Position numbers and translations under genes: made by a program. The notes beneath the pieces were generated by a model. It was not told where the DNA came from, did no database searches, and saw only the letters and a program-made list of their open reading frames with translations. A stretch of DNA of 64,000 nt. Origin: an uncultured Gemmatimonadaceae bacterium. GTDB lineage: Bacteria; Gemmatimonadota; Gemmatimonadetes; Gemmatimonadales; Gemmatimonadaceae. Positions within the stretch are counted from its first letter, which is position 1. Each line of letters opens with the position of its first letter. This document shows, in pieces, positions 19,783 to 28,623 of the stretch. The stretch spans positions 832,001-896,000 of the forward strand of contig CAVUDW010000003.1 of assembly GCA_963740355.1 (NCBI GenBank), in the 5' to 3' direction.

Positions 19783-21924
19783 TTACGGGAACGGACGCGG
19801 TCGGGGGCGCGGCTGCGGCCAGGGTTCGGAACCCTGTCCCGCCAAGGATCGAATCGCGAGCGCCCGCAATGGCGCATTGCCCGACTCGATCAATCGCTGG
19901 AGTGGTGCGACGGCCTTTTCGCCCATCACACCGATGGCGCGCACCATCGCCCACTTCACATCGGCGTCCATCTCCTTGTTGAGCGCTGATTCGATCGCAG
20001 CCGCAGTCTCGCCGTCTTCGATCTCATACAGGGCCCAGGCTGCGGTGGAGCGCACACGCGCGTTCCGGTCGGACAGCAGCGACACCAACGCCGCCGGTGC
20101 ACGCTTTGGGCTTGCGTTGCCGATGCCCCAAGCGGCGAGTTCGCGCACCTCTGCATCCTCATCGTCAAGCACCGACACCAGTGCATCGATCGATTCAGTG
20201 GACCGGCCACTGGCGCCATCACCCAGCGACCAGACCGCAGTCTGCTTCACCGACCGCTCGCGCTCCTGGCGAATGGCATCCGCCAGCGCAGCGGCGACGA
20301 TCGGCTTGTCAGCAGCGTCAGACAACGCCCATGCGGCCATCTCGCGTACCGAAGCACTCGGATCGCGCCTCACGGCATACACGAGCGCCTCGAGCGCGGC
20401 ACTGTTGTCAGTGAAATCATTCAGGCCCCACGCTGCCGTTCGACGGAGTGACGCCGATGTGTCCGTGCGCAGGATGCGAGCGAGGACACTGGCTCGCGCA
20501 CTGCTGTCCGACCGGGTTCGCACCGCGCGCATTTCGCGCAGCAACTCGTCTCGACGTTCCGTGCTCGATGATTCCGACGGGCTCTCGACGGCCACTGCCA
20601 ATGGAGCGGCCGCGGCGCGCGGTGCTGCTGATGCCTGCGGCGCCATCACGGCGTTGGCCGGACCCGAGACGGAGTTCGCCGCGCGTAGCGTCATCGTGTC
20701 GGCTCGCACCACTTCCCTTGTCGCCGTCCGTACGCGCCCGGAATCCTGCGCAACCATCGGCGCCTCATTCGAGCCCGCGTTTTGCGGCGGCGCTGGCTGC
20801 GGCGCGGTGGCGATGCGCGGCACCGCCGATCCCGTCACGATGGCAAACATCATCACACCACCGGCCAGCGTGCTGGCCTGCATCCGAGTCGGCGCTGAGC
20901 GCATCAGCGACGGATCGAGAATCGCAAGCATTCTGCCCTCGAACTCCGAGCGGGTCGCCATCGCCATCGCCACCGACGGTGTCGCGTGGTTGCGGACCGA
21001 AGTCACGATGTCGAGCAGGTGTTCCGCGTAGTCACTGGCACGCGTGCCGCAGCCGAGCGCGAGATCGTCGCACGCGCGCTCACCTTCGGCGCGCAGGCGT
21101 CGGGCCGCCGTCCAGGCGAGCGGGTGAAACCAATACAGCGCGCAAACGACACGACCAAGTGTGTGGCCCACCATGTCGCGACGACGGATGTGCGCGAGTT
21201 CGTGCAGCAATACCGCTGCTCGGCGATCACTGGTCCAGTTCTCACAGTCGGCAGGCAGCACGATCGTCGGGTGACGCAAGCCGCAGGCGAATGGCATCGT
21301 GACGTTGTCGGCGCGCAACAACTCTGGAATCGCACCAAGCTCGAGCCGGTCCGCGATGTCGATCATCGTGCCCTGCCACTCGTGTGCCGTCAGTGGCGTG
21401 GCCGTGCGCACGATGCGACGTACGCTGTATGCGCCATACGCCAGCCAGCCAAGCACCGAGGCCGCGACGACGGCCCAGGCGAGAACCACCATCGATACGA
21501 GCGAAAGTGGCGTTGAACTTTCACTCGAGCCGAGGGCACTGGCGGGCGCGGAGGTCGGCGCGGCTCCGTCGGCCGCTGTTGGCTCATTGCGCGTGACACC
21601 GGCAGGAACGCGAGTCGAGAGTGCGGCATCCGGGTTGCTGCTCCCGGTGGCAGCGACCGGCTCCGAGACCGTCGAGACCACTGGAGCGAAGCCCCATGAC
21701 GCGGGCAACACGGCGAATCGGACGGGGCTCCACACGGCGAGCATCGGCAGCGCCAACAGTGCGAGCAACGACGCAACCCAGACCAGGTGTCGCGACGTCG
21801 CCGAGGCACGCTGCATGAGCGTCGTCAGCGCGAGCGCGACCAGCAGGACGGCGGTCGCCTTCAGCACCACCAGTCCGGCCGGCACCAGTGCCACGGCTCG
21901 CGGATCGAGGAATTCGCTTTGCAT
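19783..21924 (-). CDS. BlaR1/MecR1-like M56 metallopeptidase fused to C-terminal HEAT repeats
   Basis: TM helices, PFACGLRHPTIVLP, HELAH zinc motif, YWFHPLAW, ERACDD; HEAT repeats replace the penicillin-binding domain; ends EPWPQPRPRPRPFP. Confidence 0.92.
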   Translation of the reverse strand: MQSEFLDPRAVALVPAGLVVLKATAVLLVALALTTLMQRASATSRHLVWVASLLALLALPMLAVWSPVRFAVLPASWGFAPVVSTVSEPVAATGSSNPDAALSTRVPAGVTRNEPTAADGAAPTSAPASALGSSESSTPLSLVSMVVLAWAVVAASVLGWLAYGAYSVRRIVRTATPLTAHEWQGTMIDIADRLELGAIPELLRADNVTMPFACGLRHPTIVLPADCENWTSDRRAAVLLHELAHIRRRDMVGHTLGRVVCALYWFHPLAWTAARRLRAEGERACDDLALGCGTRASDYAEHLLDIVTSVRNHATPSVAMAMATRSEFEGRMLAILDPSLMRSAPTRMQASTLAGGVMMFAIVTGSAVPRIATAPQPAPPQNAGSNEAPMVAQDSGRVRTATREVVRADTMTLRAANSVSGPANAVMAPQASAAPRAAAAPLAVAVESPSESSSTERRDELLREMRAVRTRSDSSARASVLARILRTDTSASLRRTAAWGLNDFTDNSAALEALVYAVRRDPSASVREMAAWALSDAADKPIVAAALADAIRQERERSVKQTAVWSLGDGASGRSTESIDALVSVLDDEDAEVRELAAWGIGNASPKRAPAALVSLLSDRNARVRSTAAWALYEIEDGETAAAIESALNKEMDADVKWAMVRAIGVMGEKAVAPLQRLIESGNAPLRALAIRSLAGQGSEPWPQPRPRPRPFP

Positions 21925-21926
21925 GG

Positions 21927-22322
21927 CTACCTCCCGCTCTGGCGAGCGCCGGCGATCCGGGCACGCAGCGTCTGGAGTTCCGCGTCCGTGAGGCCGGTGT
22001 CCGACATTCGGAGCAGCGCGGTCACGGCATGCTCTGTGGAGCCCGCGAAATAGGTCCGGACGACATGGTCGAGCACATCGGCCTGCGCCTGCTCGGTGGG
22101 CGCCGCCGGGAAGTAGACATACCTCGGTCCGTCTTCCTTGAACGCGATGAGGGCCTTTTCGCCCAGGATGCGCAAAATCGAGCGGACGGCCGAGTAGGTG
22201 GGCGGATCGGGGAGCTCCGCCATGATCTCCGCCACGGTCGATTCTCCTCGACGGTGGAGGATGTCCATCACCTGCCGTTCGCGTCGGGTGAGGTCTTCGG
22301 TTGGCTTTGGCGTGGGCGTCAT
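21927..22322 (-). CDS. BlaI/MecI/CopY family transcriptional repressor
   Basis: LTRRERQVMDIL...PTYSAVRSILRIL.EK...GPRYVY; directly upstream of the M56 gene. Confidence 0.93.
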   Translation of the reverse strand: MTPTPKPTEDLTRRERQVMDILHRRGESTVAEIMAELPDPPTYSAVRSILRILGEKALIAFKEDGPRYVYFPAAPTEQAQADVLDHVVRTYFAGSTEHAVTALLRMSDTGLTDAELQTLRARIAGARQSGR

Positions 22323-22343
22323 GACGGCAGGGGCTCGGGGCTA

Positions 22344-22410
22344 TGCTGAATTTTCAGTCTGTTGAATTTTCAACTGTGCTGATTATTCAGCAGAGCCGCC
22401 GCCCTGTCAA
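22344..22410 (-). promoter_or_regulatory. Sigma70 promoter overlapped by three tandem palindromic operators
   Basis: TTGACA (22410-22405)-N17-AATAAT (22387-22382); palindromes TGCTGAATTTTCAGTC 22344-22359, TGTTGAATTTTCAACT 22360-22375, TGCTGATTATTCAGCA 22377-22392. Confidence 0.85.
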
Positions 22411-22715
22411 GCCCCCGCCGTTCTCTCCGGTCTCTGGGCGACCACTGTCCCGTCCCCGACGCGCCGCGTGATCCACCCCTCCTCCTGCAGCCGACTGAGC
22501 GCCCCTTCGACGGTATTCCGCGACACGGCGAGGTCCGCCACCAGCGCCCGGGACGACGGCAGCCGAGCTCCGGGCAGCAGTCGCCCGGACTCGATCCGCT
22601 CGCGCAACTGCAGGTAGATCTGCCGATAGAGCGCGGTCCCCGCCTCTGCATCGGCCCGCGACAGCTTGAGCGGCGGACCGGTTCCGATCGGCACTCTCTT
22701 CTTCGGTGCTGTCAT
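22407..22715 (-). CDS. Stand-alone GntR-type winged HTH (MocR-like N-terminus only; possibly truncated)
   Basis: LYRQIY..LRERIESGRL.PGARLPSSRAL..DLAVSRNTV..A...L..EGWI; 102 aa, no effector domain. Confidence 0.75.
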   Translation of the reverse strand: MTAPKKRVPIGTGPPLKLSRADAEAGTALYRQIYLQLRERIESGRLLPGARLPSSRALVADLAVSRNTVEGALSRLQEEGWITRRVGDGTVVAQRPERTAGA

Positions 22716-22742
22716 CCTCCACCTCATCGCTTCAAAACTTCG

Positions 22743-23026
22743 AACTGCTCGAACGCAGCACGGCAACAGCGAACTGCATTAACGCGGAACAGCTGAACGG
22801 CGATACTGCAACAGCCGCAGAACAGAACAGCCGCAGAACTGCAACTGCAGACGGCGAGGTAAAGGGCCTTGGAAACGGGAGGTCGGCGAGCGAGAAGTTC
22901 TCACGAAGAATCAGAAACTCCCGCCGTGCGAGACTGAAATTTCCAAGGGCAGTTTTGCGGAAGTTCGCAGTCTTGCGGCTGTCGCTTCATCCGTGTGCTG
23001 TTTTGCGATCAAGCAGTAGCAGTTGC
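22743..23026. repeat. Long imperfect palindromic intergenic element, copy B
   Basis: Left AACTGCTCGAACGCAGCAC, right CTGTTTTGCGATCAAGCAGTAGCAGTT (near-identical to 1301-1326); inner CCTTGGAAA/TTTCCAAGG. Confidence 0.7.
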
Positions 23027-23042
23027 AATTGCCCTTCGTCTA

Positions 23043-24371
23043 TCATCTCGCGCCCGGAACGAGCGCCTGGTACACGAGGGTCATGAAGCGCGACGAGATG
23101 TCGCTGGAGTTGGGGAGCTGCTGGATCATGAACACTATCACCAGCCGTTCCTTGGGATCCACACTGTAGTTCGAGCCGTAGGCGCCGCCCCAGCCGTAGG
23201 AACCGACGGAGCGGAAGCCGTCGGCGCCGAGGCGGTCGACGGTCGAGAAGCCGAGCCCAAAACCCATGCCATCATTGGAGAAAAGCGTGCCCACCTGGTT
23301 GGTGGACATCAGCTCCACCGTGCGCGGTGCGAGAATCCGTGCGCCATCGAGCACGCCGCCATTCAACATCATCTGCAGCAGGCGTGAGTAGTCACGCGCC
23401 GTCGACAGCAGGCCGGCGCCACCCGAAAAGCTTTTACGCGGGCCTTCCACGTAATCGCCCTGTCCGCGCGGACCGTCGGGGGCGCGCACGCTGTGCCGGG
23501 TGGAGTCGCTCATGTACACGGTCGTGATGCGCGAACGCTTCGACTCGGGCAGGTAGAAGTGCGTGTCGGTCATCCGCAGCGGCGTCGTGATGCGCGTGCG
23601 GAAGAACTCATCCAGCGGCATCCCTGACACGCGCTCCACGACGCAGCCGAGGATGTCGGTGTTGTATCCGTAGACGAACGCTGCGCCAGGCTGCGCCACG
23701 AACGGCAACGTGCCAAGACGATCCATCGAGGAGCAGGTCGGCTCGCTCTTGTCGGCCGTGTACCACCCCCACCCCGCCGCCGGTCCGAGTGACTGTGCGC
23801 GGTAGGCCTCTGCCACACGCTGATCCGTGCCGTACGAAATGCCTGCGGTGTGCGTCAGCAGGTCCTTGATCGTGATCGGGCGCCGCGCTGGCACCGCGCT
23901 GGTCGCCCCCTCTGCCATCACCGTGGTGTTGGCGAAGGTCGGCATGTAGGTGCTCACCCGATCGCCCAACGTCAGCTTTCCTTGCTCGACCAGCGAAAGG
24001 ATCGCGATGCTGGTGAGGGCCTTGGTCTGCGAGGCGATGCGGAAGATTGCGTCCGGTGTCATGCGACGCGATGACGCCTTGTCTGCATATCCCACTGCGC
24101 GCTCGTAGATCAATTTGCCGTCTCGCATCACCAGGCCGACGGCACCGGTGATGCTGTTGTCGGCGACGGCACCTTCCAGGAGCGAGTCGAGCCGCGCAAG
24201 TCGTGCACGCGACACGCCGGCGACCGTGGCGGCGCGCGCCTCCGGTGCTGCGAATCCAGCCTGGGCCCGCGCTGTGGAAACCAGTGGCGCCGCAACCAGC
24301 GCGAACGCGAAGCCGACGTTGCGCAGGCTGGCCGCAACGACACGAGTGACGCGATAGAATGAAGGAGTCAT
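23043..24371 (-). CDS. Serine hydrolase, beta-lactamase class C / EstB-like family, secreted
   Basis: FRIASQTK (SxxK), LLTHTAG, FVYGYN, GGAGLLST, WGGAYG; signal peptide. Confidence 0.9.
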   Translation of the reverse strand: MTPSFYRVTRVVAASLRNVGFAFALVAAPLVSTARAQAGFAAPEARAATVAGVSRARLARLDSLLEGAVADNSITGAVGLVMRDGKLIYERAVGYADKASSRRMTPDAIFRIASQTKALTSIAILSLVEQGKLTLGDRVSTYMPTFANTTVMAEGATSAVPARRPITIKDLLTHTAGISYGTDQRVAEAYRAQSLGPAAGWGWYTADKSEPTCSSMDRLGTLPFVAQPGAAFVYGYNTDILGCVVERVSGMPLDEFFRTRITTPLRMTDTHFYLPESKRSRITTVYMSDSTRHSVRAPDGPRGQGDYVEGPRKSFSGGAGLLSTARDYSRLLQMMLNGGVLDGARILAPRTVELMSTNQVGTLFSNDGMGFGLGFSTVDRLGADGFRSVGSYGWGGAYGSNYSVDPKERLVIVFMIQQLPNSSDISSRFMTLVYQALVPGAR

Positions 24372-24417
24372 GCCGGCCACAATGCCCCCCTGCACCGCCT
24401 TCAGCAAGGCACGACCC

Positions 24418-25638
24418 ATGCGCTGGCTTCCCGCGTCCCTGCTCGCCCTCAGCGCGTGTGCCGCACGCGGCCACTCGACGCCCTACAGCAATCCACACGT
24501 ATCGGAACCCATCGGCACCGTGCGCGAGATGTACGACGGACGGCTGACGCCAGAGCTGGCCGCACAGACGTTTCGCAACATCGATCGCCTCTTCCCCTCG
24601 CGCATCGTCGCCAACGGCGCCACGGTCTCGCCCCTGCCGCCGGCCGCCGCACCGCTGGTGTCAGTCGACTTCACCGCGGCCGGAAAGACCTACTCGATCG
24701 ATGACTACATGCGCATCAATCGAGTGAGCGGCCTGCTGGTACTGAAGGACGGACGTGTGGCACTGGAGCGATACGCCCTCGGCGCCACGCCGCAGACGCA
24801 CTGGATGTCCATGTCGATGGCGAAGTCCGTGACCTCGACACTGATCGGGATCGCGCTCGAGGAGGGTCGCATCACGACGCTCGATGATCCGGTCACGAAG
24901 TACGTTCCGTCGCTGGCTGGCAGTGCGTACGACGGCGTCAGTGTGCGGAACGTGCTGATGATGGCCTCGGGCGTCCGATGGAACGAGACCTACACCGATC
25001 CAAATTCTGATCGGCGTCACCTGCTCGAAGCACAGATTGCTCAGCGACCCGGCGCCGCGCTGGCCCTCATGGCGTCCCTCCCACGCGCCGCGGCCCCCGG
25101 CTCGAAATGGAATTACAGCACCGGTGAGACGCTCGTCGCCGGCGAACTGCTCCGCGGTGCGATCAATACATCGTTATCAGGATACCTGAGCGAAAAGATC
25201 TGGAAGCCGGCGGGAATGGAGAGTGCCGCGACCTGGTGGCTCGATTCGCCCAACGGCCACGAAATCGCTGGCAGCGGCATGACCGCCACGCTGCGCGACT
25301 GGGGACGCTTCGGGCTGTTCGTCCTCAACGACGGTGTCATCAACGGGCGCAAGCTGTTGCCCGACAACTGGTTCGCCGAGGCCGGCACCCCGCGCACGCT
25401 GGTCAACGGGCAGTCTCAGCAGTACGGCTACATGTGGTGGCCAACGCCCGCCGCGCCAGGCTCCATCAATGACGGTGCCTTCAGCGCGGAGGGGATTTTC
25501 GGGCAGTGGACATACATCAATCCCAGCCAGCATCTCGTGATCGTACAATTGGCCGCACAAACGGTCCCATCTGGCGGCGATCTGCTGAATCCTGAGGATT
25601 TCTTCGGCGCAATCGCGACCGCACTCGCAGCACGGTGA
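24418..25638 (+). CDS. Serine hydrolase (NylB / 6-aminohexanoate-dimer hydrolase-like), putative lipoprotein
   Basis: SMSMAKS (SxxK), LMMASG, WNYST, YGYMWW, AEGIFGQ; lipobox LSAC. Confidence 0.88.
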   Translation: MRWLPASLLALSACAARGHSTPYSNPHVSEPIGTVREMYDGRLTPELAAQTFRNIDRLFPSRIVANGATVSPLPPAAAPLVSVDFTAAGKTYSIDDYMRINRVSGLLVLKDGRVALERYALGATPQTHWMSMSMAKSVTSTLIGIALEEGRITTLDDPVTKYVPSLAGSAYDGVSVRNVLMMASGVRWNETYTDPNSDRRHLLEAQIAQRPGAALALMASLPRAAAPGSKWNYSTGETLVAGELLRGAINTSLSGYLSEKIWKPAGMESAATWWLDSPNGHEIAGSGMTATLRDWGRFGLFVLNDGVINGRKLLPDNWFAEAGTPRTLVNGQSQQYGYMWWPTPAAPGSINDGAFSAEGIFGQWTYINPSQHLVIVQLAAQTVPSGGDLLNPEDFFGAIATALAAR

Positions 25639-25740
25639 TGGCGCATCGGTGTCGACGGTAGTTTTCATGCCGACGGCCAACGCCACACGCCTCGGCCGCG
25701 TACAAAACTCATGCGACCTGCAGCCACGACGCCACGACCC

Positions 25741-26400
25741 ATGCGCCCGATCATCGCCCTTGCGAGCGCCTTCTGCGCCGCCACTTGCCTCGCGACATCA
25801 CAGCTCTCCGCGCAGGCCGCACCACCGCAATACGTCACCGCCAAGGTTCGTGCCGACAGCGCACGGTATCCGTATACCGAAGCCGACGTGTCGTTCATGT
25901 CGGGAATGATCGGCCACCATGCACAGGCCATCGTGATGGCGAAGTGGGCGCCAAGCCACGGCGCCGATCCAGCCGTGCAGCGTCTCGCCGAACGCATCAT
26001 CAACGCGCAGGAAGACGAGATCGCGACCATGTCACGCTGGCTCGCGGATCGACAGAAGCCGGTGCCCGAAGCCAAGCCGATGTCGCACGACATGCCCGGC
26101 ATGGCTGGCATGGACCACTCGGCAATGATGATGCCCGGCATGCTGACCGATGCGCAGATGAAGGAACTCGACGCAGCGCGCGGCCCGGAATACGACCGGC
26201 TTTTCCTCACCTACATGATCCAGCACCACAAGGGTGCCACGGCGATGGTCACGAAGCTGTTCGGCACCACCGGTGCAGGCCAGGACGAGACGGTGTTCAA
26301 GTTCGCGTCCGACGTGAACGTCGACCAGACCACCGAGATCGCGCGCATGCAGCGCATGCTGTTCGAGTTCGAGTTGAAGCGCGCTGGCGCACCTGACTGA
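25741..26400 (+). CDS. DUF305 (ferritin-like, CopM-like) secreted protein
   Basis: ADVSFMSGMIGHHAQA and FLTYMIQHHKGA repeats, Q..EI..M motifs, Met/His-rich linker. Confidence 0.9.
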   Translation: MRPIIALASAFCAATCLATSQLSAQAAPPQYVTAKVRADSARYPYTEADVSFMSGMIGHHAQAIVMAKWAPSHGADPAVQRLAERIINAQEDEIATMSRWLADRQKPVPEAKPMSHDMPGMAGMDHSAMMMPGMLTDAQMKELDAARGPEYDRLFLTYMIQHHKGATAMVTKLFGTTGAGQDETVFKFASDVNVDQTTEIARMQRMLFEFELKRAGAPD

Positions 26401-26479
26401 TCGCGTGCACCACAGAATGTCCGAGTTGTCGATGTCGCAGCTCTGCAGTTCCCCCACGGCTTTTCCAAGGAAATCAGAC

Positions 26480-28468
26480 ATGGCCGCACGTTTGTCCGTA
26501 CGCTTGACCGCGGTGCCACTGGCGACCGCATTCCTCGCTGCGGTGGCGGTTGCGCCGTCAGCAGCGGCGCAGATGCCGCGGGGTGCACAGGTCACGGCGG
26601 CATCCGCCCCGACGCCCGACCCCCGCGTGGGGCTCCGCGCCGGTCTGTACGATGCCGCAGAAGCGACATGGAACATGAACGTCATCTCGAGGACGCGCCC
26701 GCCGGAGAAGTTCGCGCCGTCGACGAACTCCGACCTCGCCTTCACGGGCAAGTACGCGATCCAGGGCAGCTACAACGGCTACCAGATCTGGGACATCTCG
26801 AATCCCGCATCGCCGGTGCTGACGACAGCCTACTACTGCCCGGCCTCGCAGAGCGACGTGTCGGTGTACAAGAACCTGCTCTTCGTGTCGGGCGAAGGCC
26901 TCACCGGCCGTATCGACTGCGGCGAGCAGGGAGTGCGCGACACGGTCAGCAAGGATCGCCTGCGTGGCGTGCGCATCTTCGACATCTCCGACATCAAGAA
27001 CCCGCGGAACGTCGGCAATGTGCAGACCTGCCGCGGCTCGCACACGCACACCGTGCTGGTGGATCCGAAGGACACCGAGAACGTCTACATCTACATCTCG
27101 GGCTCATCCAGCGTTCGCTCACCGAACGAACTTCCTGGCTGCGTCAGCGCGACGCCCGACCAGAATCCGAACTCGGCGCTGTTCCGCATCGAAGTGATCA
27201 AGGTGCCGGTCGCGCACCCGGAGCGCTCGGCGATTGTGAGCTCCCCGCGCATCTTCAACGACCTGACCGCGCCTGCGCGTCATGGTGAAGCAGCGGAAGA
27301 CATCGCCGCCGCCGCCAAGGCACTGGCCGACGCAAAGGCCAAGGGCATGTTCACCGGCATGGTGTTCGGCAGCGAGCGCGTGTTGCCCAACAACATGGTG
27401 CGACCGATGCTCGATAGCGTCGTCAAGGCGCGCGGTGGTGCCGGAACGGCAACCAGTGCCGATAGCGCCGCCCTGCGTGCCGCACTGCCGACGATTCTCG
27501 CCGCACGGAGCGGCGAACGTCCCGGCGGCAACCGCAATGCAGGACCGACACAGTGCCATGACATCACCGTCTATCCGGCGATCGGCCTCGCTGGTGGTGC
27601 CTGCGGGGGCTACGGACTGCTGCTCGACATTCGCAATCCTGCCGCGCCTGTGCGTATCGGCGCGGTCGCCGACTCGAACTTCTCGTTCTGGCACTCGGCC
27701 ACGTTCAACAATGATGGCACCAAGGTGCTCTTCACCGACGAATGGGGCGGTGGTGGCCAGCCGAAGTGCCGCAGCACGGACAAGCATGAGTGGGGCGCGG
27801 ATGCACTCTTCACGCTGAAGGACGGCGTGATGACATTCCAGAGCTACTACAAGATGCCGGCCGCGCAGACTGTGAATGAGAACTGCGTCGCGCACAACGG
27901 TTCCCTGATTCCGATTCCGGGTCGCGATGTGTTCGTGCAATCGTGGTATCAGGGTGGCATCTCGATCTTCGACTGGACCGACATCACCAAGCCGACGGAA
28001 ATCGCCTACTTCGATCGTGGCCCGGTCGACTCGACGCGCATGGGCAACGGCGGCACTTGGTCGGTGTACTGGTACAACGGCTTGATCGTGAGCTCGGAGA
28101 TCTCGCGCGGTCTCGACATCATGGAGCTGACGCCGAGTGCGTTGGTCACGCAGAACGAGATCGATGCCGCCAAGACAGTGCACTTCGACTACCTCAATGC
28201 ACAGGGCCAGCCGAAGCTGATCTGGCCGCCGAGCTTTGCGAAGGCGCGCGCCTTTGCCGACCAGCTCGAGCGTTCCAATGGTCTCTCGACGGCTCGGCTC
28301 GCCTCGGTGCGTGCAGCGTTGACGGCAGCCGAGAAGCTCTCAGGCAGCGCTCGCAACACGGCGCTATCGCGACTCTCGTCGCAGTTGCACACTGAGGCGA
28401 CGTCATCCAGCGACGCACCGAAGGCGCACATGCTTGCCACCGCAGTCGGAGAGTTGGCCGCGAAGTAG
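26480..28468 (+). CDS. LVIVD-repeat beta-propeller secreted protein, paralogue 1
   Basis: Repeats QIWDISNP, RIFDISD, LLLDIRNP, SIFDWTD; signal peptide; AAGGA RBS. Confidence 0.85.
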   Translation: MAARLSVRLTAVPLATAFLAAVAVAPSAAAQMPRGAQVTAASAPTPDPRVGLRAGLYDAAEATWNMNVISRTRPPEKFAPSTNSDLAFTGKYAIQGSYNGYQIWDISNPASPVLTTAYYCPASQSDVSVYKNLLFVSGEGLTGRIDCGEQGVRDTVSKDRLRGVRIFDISDIKNPRNVGNVQTCRGSHTHTVLVDPKDTENVYIYISGSSSVRSPNELPGCVSATPDQNPNSALFRIEVIKVPVAHPERSAIVSSPRIFNDLTAPARHGEAAEDIAAAAKALADAKAKGMFTGMVFGSERVLPNNMVRPMLDSVVKARGGAGTATSADSAALRAALPTILAARSGERPGGNRNAGPTQCHDITVYPAIGLAGGACGGYGLLLDIRNPAAPVRIGAVADSNFSFWHSATFNNDGTKVLFTDEWGGGGQPKCRSTDKHEWGADALFTLKDGVMTFQSYYKMPAAQTVNENCVAHNGSLIPIPGRDVFVQSWYQGGISIFDWTDITKPTEIAYFDRGPVDSTRMGNGGTWSVYWYNGLIVSSEISRGLDIMELTPSALVTQNEIDAAKTVHFDYLNAQGQPKLIWPPSFAKARAFADQLERSNGLSTARLASVRAALTAAEKLSGSARNTALSRLSSQLHTEATSSSDAPKAHMLATAVGELAAK

Positions 28469-28623
28469 CTCGACATTCCAGAAACTCGCCGGCGCGTCGA
28501 CCGTACGTCGCAACGCCGGGCCCTCTGGACGACTGGTTGAACGAAGCCGTCCCCGTGCCAAGATTGTCCCGGCACGAGGACGGCTTCGTCTTTGTGGCAC
28601 ACACACCTTCACTGCAAATCGAT

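Noticed and set aside
22743..23026. Repeated AACTGC/AACAGC units as a CRISPR array
   Set aside because: No constant-length repeat with unique spacers, and no cas genes; the structure is palindromic
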